Positions 1 to 13,779 of a stretch of 64,000 bases of DNA are shown in pieces (within the stretch, counting starts at the first letter, position 1; every line of letters starts with the position of its first letter). Location of the stretch: the NCBI RefSeq assembly GCF_009914755.1, contig NC_060930.1. One strand, 5' to 3'. Under the pieces are notes generated by a model, which saw only the letters and a program-made list of their open reading frames with translations, ran no database searches and had not been told where the DNA came from. The position numbers and the translations under genes are program-made. The DNA comes from the human T2T-CHM13v2.0 reference genome, Homo sapiens.

Positions 1-3000
1 TTTTCATATTCAGCCAAACTAAGCTTCATAAGTGAAGCAGAAATAAAATCAGAGGAAAAAAATAAATGCTGAGGAATTTCATCACCACCAGGCCTGCCTT
101 GCAAGAGCTTCTGAAGGAAGCAAGCACTAAATATGGAAAGGAAAAGCCAGTAACAGCCACTGCAACGACACACCAAAATATAAAGACCAATGACACTATG
201 AAGAAACTGCATCAACTAGTGTGAAAAATAACCAGATAACATCATGATGAAAGGATCAGATTCACATGTAACAATACTAACCTTAAATGTAAATAGGCTA
301 AATGCCCCAATTAAAAGACACAGACTGGCAAATTGAATAGAGTCAAGATCCATTGGTGTGCTGTATTCAGGAGACCCATTTCACCTGCAAAGACACACAT
401 CTGCTCAAAATCAAGGGAGGGAGGAAAATTTATCAAGCAAATGGAAAGCAAAGAAAAACAAGGGTTGCAATCCTAGTCTCTGACAAAACAGACTTTAAAC
501 CAACAAAGATCAAAAAAGACAAGGGCATTACATAATGGTAAAGAGAACAATTCAACAAGAAGAACTAACTATCCTAAATATACTGCACCCAATACAGGAG
601 CACCCAGATTCATGAAACAAGTACTTAGAGACCTGTAAAGAGACTTAGACTCCCACACAATAATAATCGAGACTTGAACACTCCACTGTCAATATTAGAC
701 AGATCAATGAGACAGAAAATTAACAAGGATATTCAGGACTTGAACTCAGCTCTGGACCAAGTAAACCTAATAGATATCTACAGAACCCTCCACCCCAAAT
801 CAAGAGAATATACATTCTTCTCAGTGCCACATGGCACATGTGATAAAAGAACTGCATTTCTCAGTGCCACATGGCACTTATCATAAAAGAATCTTAAGCA
901 AATGCAAAAGAACTGAATTCATAGCAAATAGTCTCTCAGACCACAGTGCAATCAAATTAGAACTCAGGATGAAGAAACTCACTCAAAACCATAAAATTAC
1001 ATGGAAACTGAACAACCTGCTTCTGAATGACTCCTGGGTAAACAATGAAATTAAGGCAGACATCAAAAAGTTATTTGAAACTAATAAAAACAAAGAGACA
1101 ATGTACGAGGATCTCTGGGACACAGCTAAAGCAGTGTTAAGACAGAAATTTATAGCACTAAATGCCCATGTCAGAAAGCTAGAAAGATCTCCAATCAACA
1201 GCCTAACATCACAATTAAAAGAGCTAGAGAGACAAGAGCAAACTAATACGAAAGCTAGCAGAAAAAAGAAATAACTAAGATCAGAGAAGAATTGAAGGAG
1301 ATACAGAAAAACTCTCCAAAAAATCAATGAATCCAGGAGGTGGTTTTGTGAAAAAAAATAACAAAACATAGTCTGCTGGCTAGAATAATAAAGGGGAAAA
1401 GGGAAAAATCAAATAGACACAATAAAAAATGATAAAGGGGATATCACTAGTGACCCCATGGAAATACAAACTGCCATCAGAGAATGTTATAAACATCTCT
1501 ATGCAAATAAACCAGAAAACCTAGAAGAAATTGACAAATTCCTAAACACATACACCCTCTCAAGACTAAATCAAGAATAAGTTGAATCTATGAATGGACC
1601 ATTAACAAGTTCTGAAATTGAGCAGTAATTAATAGCCTATCATCAACAACAACAACAAAAAGCCCAGGAATAGATGGATTCACAGCCAAATTATACCAGA
1701 GGTACAAAGAGGAGCTGGTACCATTCCTTCTTGAACTACTCCAAAAAAAAATGAAAAGGAGTGACTCGTCCCTAACTCATTTTATTAAGCCAGCATCATC
1801 CTGATACCAAAACCTGGCACAGACACAACAAAAAAAGAAAATTTCAAGCCAATATCCCTGCTGAATGTTTACGTAAAAATCCTCAATAAAATACTGGCAA
1901 ACCAAATCCAGCACCAAATCAAAAAACTTATTCACCACAATCAAGTTGGCCTCATCCCCCAGATGCCAGGTTGGTTCAACATACACAAATCAATAAATGT
2001 AATCCATCGCATAAACAGAACCAAAGACAAAAACCACATCATTATCTCAATCTATTCAGAAAAGGCCTTTGATATAATTTAAAATCCCTTCATGTTAAAA
2101 ACTCTCAATATACTAGGTATTGATGGAACATGTCTCAAAATAATAAGAGCTATTAATGACAAACCCACATAAAATATCATACTGAATGGGCAAAAGCTGG
2201 AAGCATTACTTTTGAAAACCAGTACAAGACAAGGATTCCCTCCCTCACCACTCCTATTCAATATAGTATTGGAAGTTCTGGCCAGGGCAATCGGGCAAGA
2301 GAAAAAAATAAAGGGTATTCGAATAAAAAGAGAGTAAGTCAAATTGTCTCTCTTTGCAGACAATATGATTCTATATTTAGAAAAGCCCGTCATCTCAGCC
2401 CAAACTCCTTAAGCTAATAAGCAACTTCAGCAAAGTCTCAGGATACAAAATCAATGTGCAAAAATCAAAGCATTCCTTTACACAAGCAACAGACAAATAG
2501 CCAAATCATGAATGAATTCCCATTCACATTTGCTATAAAGAGAATAAAATACCTAGGAATACAGCTAACAAAGGAAGTGAAGGAACTCTTCAAGGAAAAC
2601 TGCAAACGATTGCTCAAGGAAATAAGAGAGGACACAAACAAATGGAAAAACATTCCATCCTCATGGATAGGAAGAATCAATATTGTAAAAATGTCCATAC
2701 TGCCCAAAGTAGTTTATAGATTCAATGCTATTCCCATCCAACTACCATTGACATTCTTTACAGAATTAGAAAAGACTACTTTAAATTTCATATGGAATCA
2801 AAGAAGACCCTGTATAGCCAAGACAATCATAAGCAAAAAGAACAAAGCTGGAGGCATCATGCTACCTGACTTCAAACTATACCACAAGGCTACAGTAACC
2901 AAAACAGCATGGTACTAGTACCAAAACAGACATACAGACCAATAGAACAGAACAGAGACCTCAGAAATAACACCACACATCTACAACCATCTGATCTTTG

Positions 3001-4260
3001 ACAAACCTGGCAAAAACAAGCAAAGGAAAATGGATCTCCTATTCAATAAATAGTGCTGGGAAAACTGGCTAGCCATATACAGAAAACTGAAACTAGACCC
3101 CTTCCTTATACCTTATACAAAAATTAATTCAAGATGGAGTAAAGACTTAAATGTAAAACCCAAAACCATAAAATTCCTAAAAGAAAATCTGGGCAATACC
3201 ACTCAGGACGTAGGCATGCACGAAGACTTCATGACAAAAACCCCAAAAGCAATTGCAACAAAAGCCAAAATTGACTAGTGGGATCTAATTAAACTAAAGA
3301 GCTTCTGCACGGCAAAAGAAAGTATCATCAAAGTGAACAGGCAGCCTACAGAATGGGAAAAAACTTTTACAGTCTACCAATCTGACAAAGGTCTAATATC
3401 TAGAATTTACAAGGAACTTAAAAATATTTACGAGATAAAAACAAAATCCCATGAAAAAGTGGGTAAATGATGTGAACAGACACTTCTCAAAAGAAGACAT
3501 TTACACAGCCAACAAACATAGGAAAAAAGCTCAACATCACTGATCATTAGAGAAATGCAAATCAGAACCACAATGAGATACCATCTAATGCCAGTCAGAA
3601 GAACTATTATTAAAAAGTCAAGAAATAATAGATGCTGGTGAAGCTGTGGAGGAATAGGAACACATTTGCAATGTTAACGGGAATGTAAATTAGTTCAACC
3701 ATTGGGGAAGACACTGTGGCAATTCCTCAAGAATATAGAACCAGAAATACCATTTGACCCAGCAATCCCATAACTGGGTATATACCAAAAGGAATATAAA
3801 TCATTCTACTACAAAGACACATGCAAATGTTTGTTTATTGCAGCACTATTTACAATAGCAAAGTCATGAAACCAATCCAAATTTCAATGAATGATATACT
3901 GGATAAAGAAAATGTGGTATATATACACCATGGAATACTATAAAATAAAAAGGAATGAGACCATGTCCTTTGAAGGGACATGGATGAAAGTGGATGCCAT
4001 CATCCTCAGCAAACTAACACAAGAACAGAAAACCAAACACCACATGTTCTCACTCATAAGTGGGAGTTGAACATTGAGAACACATGGACACAGAGAGGGG
4101 AACAACACATATCAGAGCCTGTTGGGGGGTAAGGGGTGAGGGGAGGGAACTTAGAGGACAGGTGGGCAGCAAGCCACCATGGCACACGTATACCTATGTA
4201 ACAAACCTGCACATTCTGCACATGTATCCCAGAACTTAAATCAAAATAAAATAAATAAAT
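1..4260 (+). mobile_element. LINE-1 (older L1PA, approx. L1PA11-14), ORF1 3' end through ORF2, 3' UTR and A-rich tail; continues beyond the window start
   Basis: ORF fragments match L1 ORF2p EN/RT/Cys domains ([40 protein letters not shown]). The 3' UTR ends '...acctgcacattctgcacatgtatcccagaacttaaa' followed by an A-rich tail at ~4240-4260. Confidence 0.95.
247..4070 (+). pseudogene. Disrupted L1 ORF2 (endonuclease/reverse transcriptase)
   Basis: Begins ATG AAA GGA TCA ... ITILTLNVN-like at 247. Many stops and frameshifts split it into the short ORFs 353-535, 674-886, 831-1274 and 2454-2918. End approximate. Confidence 0.9.
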
Positions 4261-4848
4261 ACATATTTATTCAGTGTAAGTAAACCAATTTTCAAGGTTT
4301 CAAGGCTCTATACATAAAAGAAACATGAAAGCCTGTTTTCATTAATTCACATTGTAATAAATTTCTTAAAAATTCAAATGTGTAGTCATGAAATTTCTGT
4401 CTGATTCCAGTATGTCTCTGTGTGGGTTTAAAGCTGATTGTTCATATATTTTCTCATTCAGATTACTTTAGAGTTGGAATATTAAAAACAACTTTAAAAA
4501 TTACATTGTACATCAATATATAGACTTATTTCAGTGATGCATATAAGAAAGGGACACCAAGCCGTGAAGAAATGATCATTTTTCTTTGTTTATTAACCAT
4601 GCCCCATATGGACTTCTCTTAGAGAACTTATAATATAGAATTACAGGGTTTACAAATATTTCTTCCCTAGTAGACACTAGGATCCTTGATACATCTTTTT
4701 AACTAAACTGTCTAGCAAGATCAAGCCAGAATGGTGATCAACATTTTAAAAGTAGCTTAGCCCAGAGTGTTGGAGGTGAGGAAAGGAAAGGGCTTTGAGG
4801 GCATACCTAGGTACATAAATCCTATTTTGATTTTAAAATATTGCTTAA

Positions 4849-5640
4849 TGTCTAAGGCAGCTATTATATTTCTAAAGAAAGTAGCATTTCATTCAGAGGC
4901 CGCCCAGAGTTTAAATTACACCATAGTTTTTCTTTCTTTCTGCAAATCATTCTTTCTGATTTGCAGTTTTTTCCAAACAGAGCCATATTATTGGAACAAA
5001 AGTTTGATGTTCATGCCCAACAAGCTCTGATATTTTATGGATACATTTGTATAGAGCAAGACTTCTTGCTCTGAACCTTGGGTGACCACAAATAAATTGA
5101 GAGGCCATGATTATTGGATGCTGAGAGGAAGTAGCATACTTAAACCCACAGTACAGATAATCAGGAGGCAAGCAAAAACAAAGCTAATATGCCCCATAAA
5201 TGTCTTCAGTGTTCTTCAGGGTAATTGGGATCTCAAAAGATTTGGTTCAGATCCAAACAAATACACATTCTGTGTTTTAGCTCAGTGTTTTTTTTAAAAA
5301 AGAAGCTGCCACATAGCAAAAAATTGTTTACTTTGTTGGACAAACCAAATCAGTTCTCAAAAAATGACCAGTGCTTATAAAAAGTTATAAATATCGAGTA
5401 ACTCTAAAACAAACCACCTGACCAAGAGGGAAGTCAGCTTGTGATTAGTATTTACATTGGACACCAGTTTTGTAATCACTGACTTATGTGCAAACTGGTG
5501 CAGAAATTCTATAAACTCTTTGCTGTTTTTGATACCTGCTTTTTGTTTCATTTTGTTTTGTTTTGTTTTGTAAAAATGATAAAACTTCAGAAAATCAAAT
5601 GTCAGTGTTGAATAAAAATAAATAAATAAATAAATAAATA
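4849..5640 (+). pseudogene. Processed retrocopy of a cellular mRNA 3' UTR (L1-mediated), possibly 5'-inverted
   Basis: Perfect 14-bp TSD AAAATATTGCTTAA at 4835-4848 and 5641-5654, with a TTTT/AAAA L1-EN site at the left end. (AATA)n tail at ~5611-5640 preceded by degenerate poly(A) signal AATCAA (5593-5598). The insert resembles no repeat family I recognise. Confidence 0.8.
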
Positions 5641-6084
5641 AAAATATTGCTTAAATCTCCCACTTTCAATTTGTGGACATGGGAGTAACATTTACTTAAA
5701 AAGCTGTGTGAGATTGTGATTATCTGAAACACCATGTATGAGGTATGACACTCAGTAGATAAAACATCAATGGCAATTTTTAATCAAGGATGAAAAGACT
5801 CGATTATATTTTACATACTATAAATATAAAACTAAATTCATTGACTTAATTCTAATTAATTTTGCTTACAACAAAATTTCTTACGTGATAATTTAAACGG
5901 AGTATACAGAGTAGTTTATTGGTTCAAATTATTTATTATATTTTAACTTTCCCATAAATCATGTTTCTCCAGCCTAGACTTCTTTTTAAGTGACATTAAA
6001 AAAAAATTCCAATTAAAATATAATGACATTAAAATGCATGTTATCATAAAACAAACAATTCAGATATGTTTCTTTCTTTTTTTA

Positions 6085-6200
6085 AAGATGGTAAGGCAGA
6101 CTTTATTTTGGAAGGGGGTACGTGGCCTGTTGCAAGGGGCCAGGGACTGTTGCAATGGGGTGTTACAGTGGGTAAGAAAGATTGAAATCAACTCCCAGGG
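6085..6200 (-). mobile_element. Short ERV1 (MER4-group) LTR-like fragment
   Basis: 'gcagactttatt...gactgttgcaatgggg...agattgaaatcaactcc' resembles the antisense end of MER4-group LTRs. Confidence 0.35.
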
Positions 6201-9042
6201 AAGTTTCCTTAGATGTTTGGTGACATTACAAACAACAGACAGCTATGTAGCATTCCTTTTTTACAGGGCACTATAGAAAAACAAGAAAAGGAAATATATT
6301 GTCATATTAACAGCAAGACCTTGGAGTGAAAGCCCTTTCACTGCATATTTAGAACAGCAACTAGTAAAATTTGCTTTTACAAAATGGATACACAACAACA
6401 TAAGTTAAGGCTATGACTTCTTAATTAAATGAATGAAAGCTTTAATTCATTTAGTGATTTACAAATGCATTTCTTAAGTGGTGATTGCTGTTAGGTTTTC
6501 TTGTGTCCATTGTTAATTTCATTTAAAGGTGATGTATCTTTGCATTCAAAAAATGATAAATTATTATCTTCAACAGAATCTAAGAACAAAAGGCAGAAGA
6601 ATAAGCCAGTAGATAGACATTTTGGAAGAGAAACTGAACTTAACACAAATAGCAAGTTTCATTTAAGCCAGGAAGAGGAAATCATGCTGACAATCAAACT
6701 TTTAAGCCTCCCTGATTTTTTTTTAATCAAGTACCTGGAATGGAAAAGATCCCATCTCAATGGTTTTACATATTTCACCTTCCTTTTAACTGTTAGGATT
6801 TTTTTGAAAACTCATCTGTTTATCATTCATGACTTCAAAGCCATAAACTAAATCTTCAGCCACTGAGGAAATCCTTCAAAAACCATGATTCATTTTTAAA
6901 AAGTACATTCATGCACTGAAATTTATTTTTCTCTATTTGTTCTATTATATTGGATACTATTTGTACAATTAATAGGCAATGGAAATAAAACTTTGCTTAT
7001 ATTATTTATTAATCTTGAATACATCTGTCTACTATAGACAAAGGCCAATTTGACTGCAGTTTCAGAGGTTAGCGTTTTGGTGAGCAAATGTCTTCTAATA
7101 GAAACATCCATTGCAAGTACTAAAGTTAAATCAAATTTGCCAGAATCTACATCTTCAATTTTATACTGATGGTAGTTTATTTGACTTGAAGTCATTCAAT
7201 TTTTTTTACTCAGAATGTATCAATCAGATTGGATTTCATCCAACATTTTGTTGTTGTTTTCTTATGAGAGTAACAGTAGTTGTGTCCTGGTGTTTCAGTC
7301 ACTTAAAATGGGGAGGTAGTGTATAATCGACTATTTTCACTATATATGATCATATGTGATCCTCTTGTTTCTGTAACAAATACTTTATTATATATTAATT
7401 TAAAATAATAACAGATTCCAGAGAGTGAATCTTAGAAGAGAAGTTGACTAAGGATAACAATAGTAATATTACAATTCCCAGAAATCTCTTAAGTGCTTTT
7501 AACAATTTAATTCTTAGAAAAGTTCTTTAAGACATCTTTGTCATCAAAATGTAATCTTTGCATTATTTTATTAGTCTACTTTGGTCAGAGATTACATCAA
7601 CCACAAAGCATTTATACTAACAATATACCTGGGTGTAAATAGCCGGAGTTAAAAAAAAAGAATCAAGTAGTATTTGATTTGGTGGATACTTTTTCAGAAA
7701 TAAAAATGTATTTTTCTTATGAACTGTAAATGGAAAGGGGAGAGTTGGATAGACACCTGTCAGTATCATCTTCCTCAGTGTTGCAGGCACTTTTCCTGAT
7801 TTGATAAGGCGAAGTAAACATGAAAATTCATGTCAACCTTATTTTTTGTTTTGTTAATTGCTACATACTCAGAAACGGAATGTTATTGATAGTAAATCAC
7901 CACCTTTAAAATAAGCATTAGGACATTTATTATTTCAATTACCATATGTAAGCAACCTAATAAAAATATTAGCATAATCCCCTAAGGCAGCTTTCATCAT
8001 CTCTTTAGATTTACTTGGTATGCTATCAGTCAGTTATGAATGGAAATCAGAAATAGTTTAAGTAAATTAAGCAAAAATTACTTTGAATGCCTACTGATTT
8101 TCTGCTCTGACATATACAGATCTTATCAACTATTCAAAACTGAAGTGCTTTAGCATTATCTTACATTGCTGTTATAATTAACAAGGTTGATACAAAGGAT
8201 ATGGTTGTAAGAAATACATTTTCAACATATTTAAACATAACATTATATATAATTACTGACTCCTCAGATAAATGCAAATCAGTAAGGAATGAAGGAATAC
8301 TCAGCAGGTCTATTCTAGGCTCCTTTTGTGAACCCCTAGCATAAAGGTAAATAGCTGTTCTTTATTATACAGTTATCCTGAAGAACTCAAGGAAATGTGT
8401 TTTTAATGCATTAAACATCTCGTTTGAGCCTTTTATCCCACATGTGTTTTATTTTGCCTTTCTGTACCTTACTGCCCTTTTGTCCTGTTTTGACATTTGT
8501 CTAAAGGATTTGTTCTCCTCCTGATGGGTCTAACATTCTCCCCATAGAACCCTAAATTTCTATGTGGGACCTCACATTTCCTACTTCTGAGCAATCCAGT
8601 AATGCTACATCAACCTCCCAAAGGAATCAACAATTTGGTGACTTTTATCAATACTTTGCTTTCATTGTGCTCTAATCTTATGAGTATACTTTATCTCACA
8701 AGGTTTTATTTTATTCACAGATGATAAATATAATAATTGCATTATGTACTATGGTGCTACAAAAACTATCCCTAAGGGTTCTGAAATCCACCAGTTTATA
8801 TGAGCTAGCTATTTTTGAAAAGAAAATAATTCAGAACTTTCCAGGGAATTGTAATATATAATCAATTCAAATAAATAAAAATGAAGTTAATTTATAACAG
8901 ATTGTGTCAAGTTGTGTTATACAATCTCTTTGATTTAGGATAAGGTATTTATTTTTCAAACATAATCCATTCATCTTCAGTGTTGAAATACATGGGTGAA
9001 AATAGATTACACTCACATAAAATTAATTGTTTGGTCACACCC

Positions 9043-9466
9043 TGTAATGGTTTGAATCATGTCCCCTAAACTTTCATGGCCAGCCAGAACCTCAAAATGT
9101 GTCATTATTTGGAAATCGCCTATTTGAAGATGTAATTATTTAATATGCGGCCATACTGAATTAGGTGGGCCCTAATGCTCTTAAAAAAGGAGAGAACACA
9201 TTTGGACACATGCACACAGTAAAGGCCATGTGTAGACAAAGGCAGAGATTGGAGTAATGCTGCCACAAACCAAGGAAGGCCTGGTCTACCAGAAGCTGGA
9301 AGAGGCTATGAAGGATTCTTCCCTAAAGACTTATGAGAGTAAATGACCCTTCTGATACATTGGTGTTAGACTCCCAGCCTCCAGAAGAGTGAGAGAATAA
9401 ATATTTGTTGTTTTAAGCCACCCAATGTGTGGTAATTTGTTACAGTAACGTTAGGAAGCTAATACA
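9043..9466 (+). mobile_element. MaLR solo LTR, MLT1B/MLT1C-like
   Basis: TG...CA termini (tgtaatggtttgaat ... aagctaataca) and diagnostic motifs 'ggcagagattggagt', 'ccagaagctggaagagg', 'gcctccagaa...gagaataaat...ttttaagccacc'. Confidence 0.85.
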
Positions 9467-9789
9467 CGCTCATAAGATCTAGCCTAAGGGGACAAATTGG
9501 TGAGAAAAAAATAAAAAAAAAAAAGAAGTGTATTGAAAAAGTTATTTACAAGTAACTTGGATGATAATTTTGGGAAATAAACTCATATTAAGCTTGTAAA
9601 ATTGTGACAATGTAGGGATTTTTTTAAAAGAAAGAAAAATAATAGAAGTATAGTATGATGAAAACAGAATGGGTTTTATTTAGAAAATGTACAGACAGAA
9701 TAATATTACTCAATTGTAACTTCTCTATAGTCTTAAATGAATTATCAAGTTGGGATATAAATATCCCAACATTCATATACTTAAAGTGT

Positions 9790-10660
9790 TTAGAAAATAT
9801 AGTGATTTTTTTCTGAATAATTATAAGATTTATTATTGATTGTTGTCATTTTGATATTTGATTGCTTGACAGTTTTACTATGATGTTCCAAGTTGTAATT
9901 TTTTTTTGATTTTATCCACCTGGTGGTTCTGGAAATACCCTGTTTTTGGATGTTGTTTATTACTACTATATTAAAATTTCTGACCAATATCTCTTCAAAC
10001 ATTGTTTCTTCTTTCTTCCCAATTTCACTTCTGAAACCTGAATACAAATTATATGCTTTTATTATGTCCCATATATTTTTCAACATCCTTTTCTGTATCT
10101 TTCAGTCTTTTCTTCTTTTCATGCCTTGACCTGGATATTTTCTACTGACCTCTTTCAGTTCACTTATCCTTTCTAACGCTGTTTTCAATTTGCCGTTAAG
10201 TCTATTATGTTCTTAATTTTCACTAATGTAATTCAGTGGTAGATATTTTAAAGTTGATAATTTTCTAATAAAATTTCTCTCTAATTATCTACTTTCTTTA
10301 TTGTTATCACAGTTATTTTAAGACTGTGACAGAGAATCAGAGAACTCTGCTTTTCTGATTACCTGTGTTGTGTTTCTACGTTCGATTTTCACTATCTTGA
10401 TTTTTAATCAATTGATACTGTCTCTGATCAAACCAGCCAATTTTTTATCTGCTACAGATATTTGTATATAAAATTGTGTGACAAATATTTTATGTTTCTG
10501 CAAAAATGATTGACTCTTATTCTTGCAGGCAGTCGTGTAAAGGCAGATCACCCCACTCAAGTCAGGGATTGAGGTGATTTGAGGCTAGATTGTAATGTTT
10601 GTGATGTTGGCCTCTCTCTGATTTGTGATGATTTTTAGGGTGTTAGACTTCCCTCAGGGG
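9790..10660 (-). mobile_element. Ancient L1M fragment (ORF1/5' region)
   Basis: Minus ORF 9790-10086 has L1 ORF1p-like 'NIWDIIK...FEEILVRNF'. Boundaries approximate. Confidence 0.6.
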
Positions 10661-10665
10661 TCTCA

Positions 10666-10666
10666 A

Positions 10667-10701
<35 letters not shown>

Positions 10702-10728
10702 ATTTATAAATATAAAAAAATAAAAAAA
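10666..10728 (+). repeat. (AATA)n microsatellite / A-rich tract
   Basis: Direct reading of tandem AATA units. Confidence 0.9.
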
Positions 10729-11559
10729 GGCCTGGCCTGTTTATTTTGTTTCTACACCTTAATAGACTCTAAAATCCAATCTTTGTTTCCTTAACATCAT
10801 AAGTCTGCCAAGTGCTCTGGTTGGTAATTAGCTTCTCAGATGTCACTTTTACATGAGCATATGACCCCTTGCCAGCTAGGTTTTGGAGTGTACTTATTTA
10901 TGGGTACATTTTCAATAATACCATGGTCTCATGGTCACTCAAGTCTGGTTGCCGTGATTACTCAAATTAATTTCAAAGGATGCACTTTTATACAAATTTT
11001 GTTTTTCTTCAGGCGAATCCTTCTAAATGCAAGCTGATGCAAGGTAGCTTTTCATATCTGGAAGCATAAATTACATTAAGAAAATGCAAACCTAGACTAA
11101 GAATAAGGAGTTTCTTAAATTTTGCAGGAACCTTTTTTTTTTTTTTTGTCAAAGAAAAACTGCAATTTACCTGTGACTAACCATATGAATGAACTTAAAT
11201 CAGAAACTATGTTTCTTACCATTAGGTCACAGAGATATCTGAGTATTTCTCCTAAGTTAAAAGAAAAATTTTCAGAAGTATAAGTTCTCTTGGTCTTTGT
11301 TTTTGGTTTCATAATAAATAGAATCATTCACCAGTCATCATGAGGTTGACTGCTTTTGAATGGAAAAAATGGTCACTAAAAATGGTCCAAATGAAAAACT
11401 GCCATTATAATGCACTAAATTTGCCTTTAGGTTTTAAAGCATCTCTATTTTTATTGTCAAATAACTAAACTTGGACATACATAACATGCTATTTTAAAAT
11501 AAAGTTTTAATTTAATTTTCAGAAATTAATGAAAATAAATCGTAAATTTCTGCAAATCA

Positions 11560-13070
11560 TACACTGGGAAATGTAAGTCTTCTCTCACTACCTCCTCTCC
11601 ACTATTTTCAGCCATATTTTTCTTATGCAGTGTCCATTATATTTACCAATTTATTGTGTATCCTCTTAACCATGGCCATCTAGTCTCAAAGATTAAATGT
11701 TTATGGAATACTAGTAGTTTTAACTGCTGCATGGTATTCCATTCAATCTCTATTAATGTCATTTTTAACTAAGTTATTTTTGGTGATTTTCTAATATAAA
11801 CAATGACTATCCTAATATATACATTATTTCCCACATATTTATTTCTGTATAATAAATTTTAGATGAAGTCTTATTGAATCAATTGATATATGATTTAAAA
11901 AAATAACATCGGATTCTTTTAATTTCTATAGTTTTTGATATGATCGAACTTATACAGGAAATCACATCTTTTATTAGCATCTTGGTAATTCCTGTGCAAT
12001 TCTTCTTTCATGTCACTTTCAGAATTGGCTTATGATGCTTTATAAAATAGAAACACTTATTTAAATTTTGATTCAGATTATTTTCATTAATACAGTAAGT
12101 TTTTTTAATGGTGAGTCTTCTATCCAGACTCTTAATAAGCCTCTTCATTTACTCTCTCTCTTTTTTTTTTTTTTCAGTGTCCTTCTATAAATTTCCATAC
12201 TTTTTTCCTTATTGGTCTTCTCATTTCACTTTAGATATCATCATTTATTTTATAGTTATTGTGACTGAAAACTTTTGTTCATTCCTTTTTCTTACTGGTT
12301 AAGGATGGCATATAGAGAAGAAAATGTGTTTTATATGATAGTCTTGTAGCCAAAGACCTTGCTGACCTCTCTCATTGTTCTCATGGATAGCCTATTTAGA
12401 TGATACTATCTTCTGCAAATATCAAGTGTTATCTTTTCTTTTACAATGTTTATACATTTCTGATTTTTTGTCATTTGTTTTAAACATTGGTTTGGACCTC
12501 AGTACATCTTCTTAATTTTTTGTCCTCTATTTTTTTAACAGCTTTTTGTAGTATGGCTTACAAAAAAATGGAATTCACCTGCTTTAAGTAAACAATTCAA
12601 TACTTTTTAGTAAAATTAGAAAATTGGGCAAACCTTACCATTATTGAATTTTGAAACATTTCCTTTACCCTAAAAGATCTCTTGTGCCCATTTGCAGTTA
12701 TTCACCATTCCATTTCCAGCTCTAATAACCAAAAATCTCATACAGTATTGTATAGTACTAAGCGACTGGTTTGCCAAACTTGTCATTTCTGTAGCTCATG
12801 AGAATGGCAGAAATGTTTCATTTTTAAGTGTAATTTGAACAATTATTTTCTTATCAACTAAGTAAAATGTTTCTTTTTTCATGAATTTACTAAGATATTT
12901 TTATTTGAAATTTATTTTTAATTTTGTCAAATGGATTTTCTGAATCAATTCAGAAAATATCATTTTTTCTCATTGAATCTAGGTAAGTTTACAAATAAAC
13001 TTTCTCAGGTTGAGCTATATTTGCATTTTCTTTTTGCCTCCATTTGCACATGAAGTATTATTTTTTTTCA
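11560..13070 (-). mobile_element. Degenerate L1ME/L1MB 3' fragments
   Basis: Antisense L1M 3' motifs ('catggtattccatt', 'tatcttctgcaaat', 'ttttttaacagcttt...aattcacc...tttaagt...acaattcaat' at ~12530-12740). Confidence 0.55.
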
Positions 13071-13077
13071 GATATCT

Positions 13078-13540
13078 GTATTCATTATTCATTGCTGCAT
13101 AACAAATTCAATAGTCTACAAAAACAATAATCCTTTATTATTTCTCATGCTTTTTGTGAGTACAGAATTTGGTAGCATTTAAGTTCAGTAGTTCTGGCTC
13201 AGCATCTCTCAAAAGCTGTTGACTAGAGATGTAGTCATCTGAAGTGTGGAGCTGGAAGATCCTGTTCAAAGGGAGTTTATTCACAGGCCTGGCAATTAAG
13301 GTTAGCAAATGGTTTTCTCTTTTCATGAACCTTTGCACAGGACTTGTTGCATCTTCTTACTATACAAAGGATGACTTCCTCCCCAAACTAGCAATGCATG
13401 AAACCTGGGTGAAGACTGCAGCACATTTATGACCTCACCTTGGCAGTAACACACTGTAATTTCTTTCTTATTCTATTGGTCAAGCCAGCCCCAAATGAAT
13501 GGAGAGACTAAACAAGGGCAAAAATAATATGAGACAAACA
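13078..13540 (-). mobile_element. MaLR LTR, older MLT1 (H/I-like)
   Basis: 'tgtatt...attgctgcataacaaat...ttattatttctcatg...ttctggctcag...ttatgacct...cttgg...ttctattggtca'. Confidence 0.7.
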
Positions 13541-13779
13541 TCATTGAAATTAAGATTCACAGATCCTAACATATTCTTTTGCTATTGTTAGTGCATAATT
13601 TTAACATTTATGATTCTACATTACATTGGGCTATCCTTTTATTTCTTATGGGATGCTTCTTAAGATGGTGTTATATCAACCTTACAAAATTACTTTGCTA
13701 TATTTCTGAATTTTCAGTTTAGTGCAGCATATTTGTTACCTGACAAATTGTATAAATCCATCATGAGAACAGGTAATTT

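Noticed and set aside
353-2918. ORFs up to 154 aa with endonuclease/RT similarity as protein-coding genes
   Set aside because: They are fragments of one L1 ORF2 broken by many stops and frameshifts.
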